A stretch of DNA of 64,000 nucleotides from NCBI GenBank assembly GCA_964016885.1, contig OZ024749.1, positions 8,308,001 to 8,372,000 of the forward strand. Reading direction: 5' to 3'. The notes under the pieces were generated by a model. The model searched no databases. It was not told the DNA's origin and saw nothing but the letters and a program-made list of their open reading frames with translations. The position numbers were made by a program, and so were the translations under genes. Origin of the DNA: Eledone cirrhosa (lineage: Eukaryota). Positions 56,691 through 64,000 of this stretch are shown in pieces (within the stretch, counting starts at the first letter, position 1; every line of letters starts with the position of its first letter).

Positions 56691-59095
56691 AAAGTTATAT
56701 TTAAATTGTTGGGTTAACAACGAGTAAATATTTATAACTGATATAAAAGCACTCAACAAGTATTTGGAGAATATTTATGATATTAAATAAATGGAAACTA
56801 TATTTATAAAACCATATTTATTTCGTTATATATATTTCAGGGATATCATATTAACAATATGTTATGCCGTCTTCAGACAAAATACAATATAAACAGTCTT
56901 ATAAATAAATAGATACGACATACCTTTCAATCACCTTGCCTTTGGGAGGTTGATTTGGTAGTAAAAAATATTGTGGACAGTTGTAAAAAGAAAGAGAAAA
57001 AGAGAGAAAGAGAGAGAAACGAAGAAAAAGAAGAAATGCATGTGACTAAATAGAGGGATATAGAAAGATAGATAAAGAGAAGAACTTCATGTAAAGAAAC
57101 AGAGATAAATATATATAGAGAGAGGAAAAAAGAAAGAGATAGATAGAGATAGATAGAGAAATTAGGAAGTTGAGTATCGGTTGATACATTTATTTATTTA
57201 TTTATTTAGCTCTAGTATTAATGTAAAGAGAGATGTATGTAGTTAAGAGAGAAAATAGCCGTTATATAGAGAGAAAAAAGAGAAAATGAAAAAGAGAAAA
57301 TGAAACACAACCAGACATAAACGATGCAGAATTTAAAACCGCTATGTTTTATCCGTAGAAAATATTAGTTCGTATAAAACAGGCATTATAATGTAAGTAC
57401 CAGTATTCATGAATGAGACATGTATCTATAATGTGTGAAAAGTAATGATCTTATGTCTAGTTTTTAAAAATTCATATGTTTATATCATAATTATAAACAA
57501 ACTCTCAATTCACACGAAAACATTCTCATTGTGCTATAAAAATTCAAGTATACATATATGTGTGTATATATACACATATATATATAGAGTCTATATTAAT
57601 TTTAACAATACTATTCTTGTCTTTATTCTACCTGATTGTCGATCAAGCAGAAAAAAGAACAGATTTCAATATATTAATAAAAATAAAAATAAAAATAAAA
57701 ATAAAAATAAAAATAAAAATAAAAATATCAGAAACAAGAAAATAAATAAATAAATAAATAAACAGAAAACTAAGACATTTAATATTAAAAATAAAAAATA
57801 AAAAATATTACAAAATATTACAAAATATTAAAAAATAATACAAATAAAACACAGAGATCAGCCTTTCAAAGTTAATTGACAATATATTGCCAAGATCATC
57901 ATAAGCATAAGAGTCGAAACAGATAAAACAAAAATTGTTTACCAAATCCTGTCTAGCAGAAATCATTCCAAAAGTTTAGGATACCCATTTGGTCTACATA
58001 TGTTCTTATATATAATATAGAAGTTAATCTAGTTTAAAATTTAATTCGATATATTTGGAGCATCAGCTTTTAGGGTAGTTTAATTATTCATGAAGAATGT
58101 TTTAATAAAAGAATGTTTTAATAAAAAGAAGAAATCGAAAGATTTATCGGCTAGTTTCATAAATAATTACAAATCAAATCAAAACAAACATAATTACATT
58201 TTAAATTTAAATTTATATTTAAACGTTGAGTTCAATCTATGTCTGCAGCAACTGAATAAATTTGTCCGTAGATTAAGGGAATTTTTAGATTTTAGTATAA
58301 AGAATATCTCCTCCGCACAGAGATCACATGTCTCAGAGGATGAATTAAAAGGAATCCCCCTTGAAACTATTTTCCAAGTCGTCGAATATCTAACGTTATC
58401 ATGCCTAAGTTGCCAGAGTACGCCTGATAGTGCTGTTGAAGATTTTTTGGATGGATCTGTGAAAGAATTCTTGTGGTTGTTATAGCGAAGTTTAAATTCC
58501 GTCGATGTAGAACCAACGTAGTTAAAAGAATTAACGTCCGTTTTAACATTACAGTTGTATATTATATTTTTAACTAAGCAGTTGTTATTTAACGGACATT
58601 TAGATCTATCTCTACAGTTACATTTGTTAACTTGGATATTATTTATGCTATTATCGCTAGGTTTTAAGTTCCTGTTATTTATTCTATTAATATTATGCGC
58701 TAAATTTTTGGTGGATGAGTAGGTTAGTTTTATAGTATGTCTATTGAAAATTGAGTGATACCTATGTGTTCTAGGGAAGCGATTATCGAGAGTTTTAAAA
58801 AATAGTTTAGCAATGTGGGTTTTAATGTTTAGTGAGAAAGGGGGGGCAAACCATATTATATTCCTAGTTCTATTTCTTTTATGGCTTTTGGAATTATTGT
58901 AATGCTTTCTATTATAGTTGTTAAGGTTGTGGCCATAATTAAAATAGTTGTTATTTTGTTTAATTTGTTTATCATTATCTATGTACATAATTTTATCACT
59001 ATATCCTGCTCTAGCTAACGCTTCATTGTAATAATAGGCTTTTTCGTCGAAAATCTTTTTATTAGATGAGATTCTAGAGATACGTTATATCTGTT
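56689..59095 (-). mobile_element. Penelope-like element family A, 5'-truncated (linker + GIY-YIG ORF 58194-58988, long 3' UTR, HHR at about 56818-56885)
   Basis: RNIIWFAPPFS, KCNCRD..KCPL..NC, IIYNCNV...YVGST..EFKLRYNNH.NSF, CDLCAEE. The 3' terminus matches the family A arms. Confidence 0.92.
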
Positions 59096-59131
59096 ATATA
59101 TATATATATAACAGATTAAAGTTATTATTAT

Positions 59132-59168
<37 letters not shown>

Positions 59169-60188
59169 TGTGTGTGCGTGTGTATACACATGTATGCATA
59201 TGCACATATAAACATATATATATATATACGTATATATATATGTATACAGATATTTGCATATACATATATAAACATATATATGTATCATATATCATAAATA
59301 TGTGTATGTATACAGATATATACATATCTATATATACATATCTATATATACATATCTATATATACATATATATCTATATCTATATCTATATATACATATA
59401 TATCTATATATACATATATATATATACATACATATATATCTATACATACATATATATCTATATACATATATATCTATATACATATATATCTATATATACA
59501 TATATATCTATATATACATATATATCTATATATACATATATATCTATATATACATATATATCTATATATACATATATATCTCTCTATATATATATATCTA
59601 TATATACATATATATCTATATATACATATATATCTATATATACATATATATCTATATATACATATATATCTATATATACATATATATCTATATACATATA
59701 TATCTATATATACATATATATCTATATATACATATATATCTATATATACATATATATCTATATACATATATATCTATATATACATATATATCTATATATA
59801 CATATATATCTATATACATATATATCTATATACATATATATATATACATATATATATTCATATATATATGTATATACATATATATCTATATATACATATA
59901 TATACATATATATATACATATATATCTGTATAAACATATATATCTATATATACATATATATACATATATATATACATATATATCTGTATAAACATATATA
60001 TCTATATATACATATATATACATATATATATACATATATATCTGTATAAACATATATATCTATATATACATATATATATACATATATATACATATATATA
60101 TACATATATATCTGTATATACATATATATCTATATATACATATATATACATATATATATACATATATATCTGTATATACATATATATC

Positions 60189-60228
<40 letters not shown>

Positions 60229-60275
60229 TATCTAAATATACATATATATATATATATATATACATATATATCTAA

Positions 60276-60314
<39 letters not shown>

Positions 60315-60321
60315 TATCTAA

Positions 60322-60370
<49 letters not shown>

Positions 60371-60374
60371 TATA

Positions 60375-60413
<39 letters not shown>

Positions 60414-60418
60414 TCTAA

Positions 60419-60461
<43 letters not shown>

Positions 60462-60468
60462 TATCTAA

Positions 60469-60689
<221 letters not shown>

Positions 60690-60694
60690 TATAC

Positions 60695-60851
<157 letters not shown>

Positions 60852-60856
60852 CATAG

Positions 60857-60899
<43 letters not shown>

Positions 60900-60992
60900 T
60901 ATATATATACATATATATCTATGTATACATATATATATATACATATATATCTATATATACATATATATACATATATATCTATATATACCATA

Positions 60993-61028
<36 letters not shown>

Positions 61029-61039
61029 CATATATATAT

Positions 61040-61078
<39 letters not shown>

Positions 61079-61367
61079 TATATATATATATATACATATA
61101 TATCTATATATACATATATATCTATATATACATATATATCTATATATACATATATATCTATATATACATATATATCTATATATACATATATAACTATATA
61201 TACATATATATCTATATATACATATATATCTATATATACATATATATCTATATATACATATATATCTATATACATATATATCTATATACTTATATATATT
61301 AATATATATATATATATATACATATATATATACATATATATATCTATATATACATATATATATATAT

Positions 61368-61915
61368 AAAATATTAAACAAATAATGAATAAACAATTCC
61401 TTATATTAAACAAAAAAAGTTCATTATTTAACGATCGTTTCTAGGGTATATATGTGTTATAATTGGTATGCATATTCAACAGATCTATGTACAAAATTAT
61501 ACAAAATTATACAAATTATCAAGATTAAATATACATACCTAACACATATATACGCCGTCTTCAGAAATAATCTTCATTATTTCTGAAGACGGCGTATATA
61601 TGTGTTAGGTATGTATATTTAATCTTGATAATTTGTATAATTTTGTATAATTTTGTACATAGATCTGTTGAATATGCATACCAATTATAACACATATATA
61701 CCCTAGAAACGATCGTTAAATAATGAACTTTTTTTGTTTAATATAAGGAATTGTTTATTCATTATTTGTTTAATATTTTATCTTGACTCTGTATACCGTT
61801 TATCTTTCACCGAAAGTGGATTTTCATTACATCTCTTCTTTCCATGATATCCGGAATACATTGAGTTCTTCATACGGATTGGACACTACCGTAAACTCTT
61901 GGTAGATTTATCTAC
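61368..61915. mobile_element. Family D fold-back with about 200-bp essentially perfect arms (apex near 61572) plus tail
   Basis: 61368-61570 is the reverse complement of 61576-61780; (TA)n flanks. Confidence 0.92.
61573..61727 (+). ncRNA. Type I hammerhead with an about 116-nt stem II domain, family D
   Basis: TTCATTATTT-CTGAAGA-[..TATATATGTGTTA...TAACACATATATA..]-GAAA-CGATCG-TT-AAATAATGAA; perfect 10-bp stem I. Confidence 0.8.
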
Positions 61916-61971
61916 ATATATATATATATATATAGATATATATCTTATTATACATATATATCTATCTATAT

Positions 61972-62014
<43 letters not shown>

Positions 62015-62019
62015 TCTAT

Positions 62020-62186
<167 letters not shown>

Positions 62187-62795
62187 GCTAAGTATATATG
62201 TTTATATATAATGTTGGTTATTGGGTATTAATACAAACGAAACGCCTACCCATCCCCACTCACTTGGTTTCACTCTCTTTCCCTGTGCAAGAAACAGAAA
62301 AATTATTACAACCACCATCGACTTAACTACACATGTTCATACAAAAACCATTGGTTCGTTGGTATAGAGTCATAGATCCATTCGTCCATTACCTCTTTTA
62401 TTCATTACTCTACACAAACATGTAGATCTATTGAAATGTGATAAGTAAATAACAATGTCACAGCACAACGGGATATTATTGGTAAGAGGAAATATCAAAA
62501 GAAATCAGAAACGAAGTAAAAGATATTAAGAAGAAGATATGCGTGAGGTTGGAGGTGGATGGAGTATCGAACTAATATTGAAATGACGATATGTGCAGAA
62601 AAGAAGAATTAAATCCCAACCCATTCCAATAGAATGCTAAACAATAGGAAAAGCCTGCAATAGATTGTAACGCTGAGCAAGTGGATAAAAGAGAGATAGT
62701 GTAGAGATTTTTTTTTTGTATGAATTGAAACAAAAAATCAACTGAAAACGATACATTATTATATATGTACATATGGATATATTTATGCATGGAGA

Positions 62796-62912
<117 letters not shown>

Positions 62913-63003
62913 GTATATATATATGCATATAGATATATATGTATATATTTATGTACGTGTGGATGGATGTGTATATATGTATGCATATATTTATGTATGT
63001 ATG

Positions 63004-63053
<50 letters not shown>

Positions 63054-63089
63054 TATACGTATATATTTTTGTATGTATGTATGGATGTG

Positions 63090-63155
<66 letters not shown>

Positions 63156-63367
63156 TATACGTATACATTTATGTATGTATGGGTGTGTGTATATATATAT
63201 ATATATATAGTTATATACGTATATATTTATATATGTATGTATGGATGTGTATATATATATATATATGTATGTATGGATGTGTATATATATATATATGTAT
63301 GTATGGAAGTGTATATATATATATATATATATAGTTATATACGTATATATTTATGTATGTATGTATG

Positions 63368-63451
<84 letters not shown>

Positions 63452-63454
63452 TAT

Positions 63455-63735
63455 GTTGTTATACTTGGGGAGGGTGATATTTGTGTAATATTGCCAGAAT
63501 TAATAACAGAACACACTCACTGTTTGGTTGGTTTTCGCTTCTGTGTCTTTTATATCGGTAATCTAATTTATTCGGTCCTCAATGTTGCCATTGACTGACC
63601 GACGGTCAAAAATAATACAGATACAATATAGACACAAACACATATATATAGTTTATCAAAGTTCTTTCGTTGCACATCTGCAACATCGTCAGTGGTGCTA
63701 TTGTTTCCTCCCGTTACAAAACTAATTCATCGCCG
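63455..63735 (-). mobile_element. Family E-related pseudo-LTR with HHR at 63655-63696
   Basis: Reverse complement reads CCA-CTGACGA-TGTTGCA gatg TGCAAC-GAAA-GAAC-TT-TGA; terminus shared with 19672 and 46272. Confidence 0.75.
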
Positions 63736-64000
63736 TTATAGTTATATGCGTATATATTTATGTATGTATTGTATATATATATAAATAGATATATATATCT
63801 ATATATATATTGTATGTATATATATAAATATATATATAGTTATATGCGTATATATTTATGTATGTATTGTATATATATATAAATATATATATATATCTAT
63901 ATATATATTGTATATATATATATAAATATATATATAGTTATATGTGTATATATTTATGTATGTATTGTATATATAGATAAATATATATATATATATATTG

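Noticed and set aside
61368-61780. Perfect hairpins as sequencing fold-back artefacts
   Set aside because: The same geometry recurs in diverged copies whose arms differ from each other and have family-specific ends. A read-level check is still advisable.

Overview
AT-rich eukaryotic intronic or intergenic DNA with no confident host gene. The SINE types and huge (TA)n tracts suggest an invertebrate, possibly a coleoid cephalopod (inference). Most ORFs in the supplied track are microsatellite artefacts. The real content is retroelements: a Tx1/L1-type LINE, a CRE-type element, R4/Dong, RTE and CR1-like fragments, tRNA-derived SINEs, a MITE, and at least five Penelope-like elements (PLEs; RT and/or GIY-YIG) inserted in (TA)n. 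The short unique islands between TA tracts are the most striking feature. They hold about 25-28 type I hammerhead ribozyme (HHR) motifs from roughly 10 sequence families. Many are fold-backs in which each family uses two fixed right ends (a short arm and a tailed arm). Two are ORF-less partial tandems (629-bp and about 434-bp units) resembling circular-RNA retrozymes. All ribozyme folds and alignments were done by eye and need computational and biochemical confirmation.
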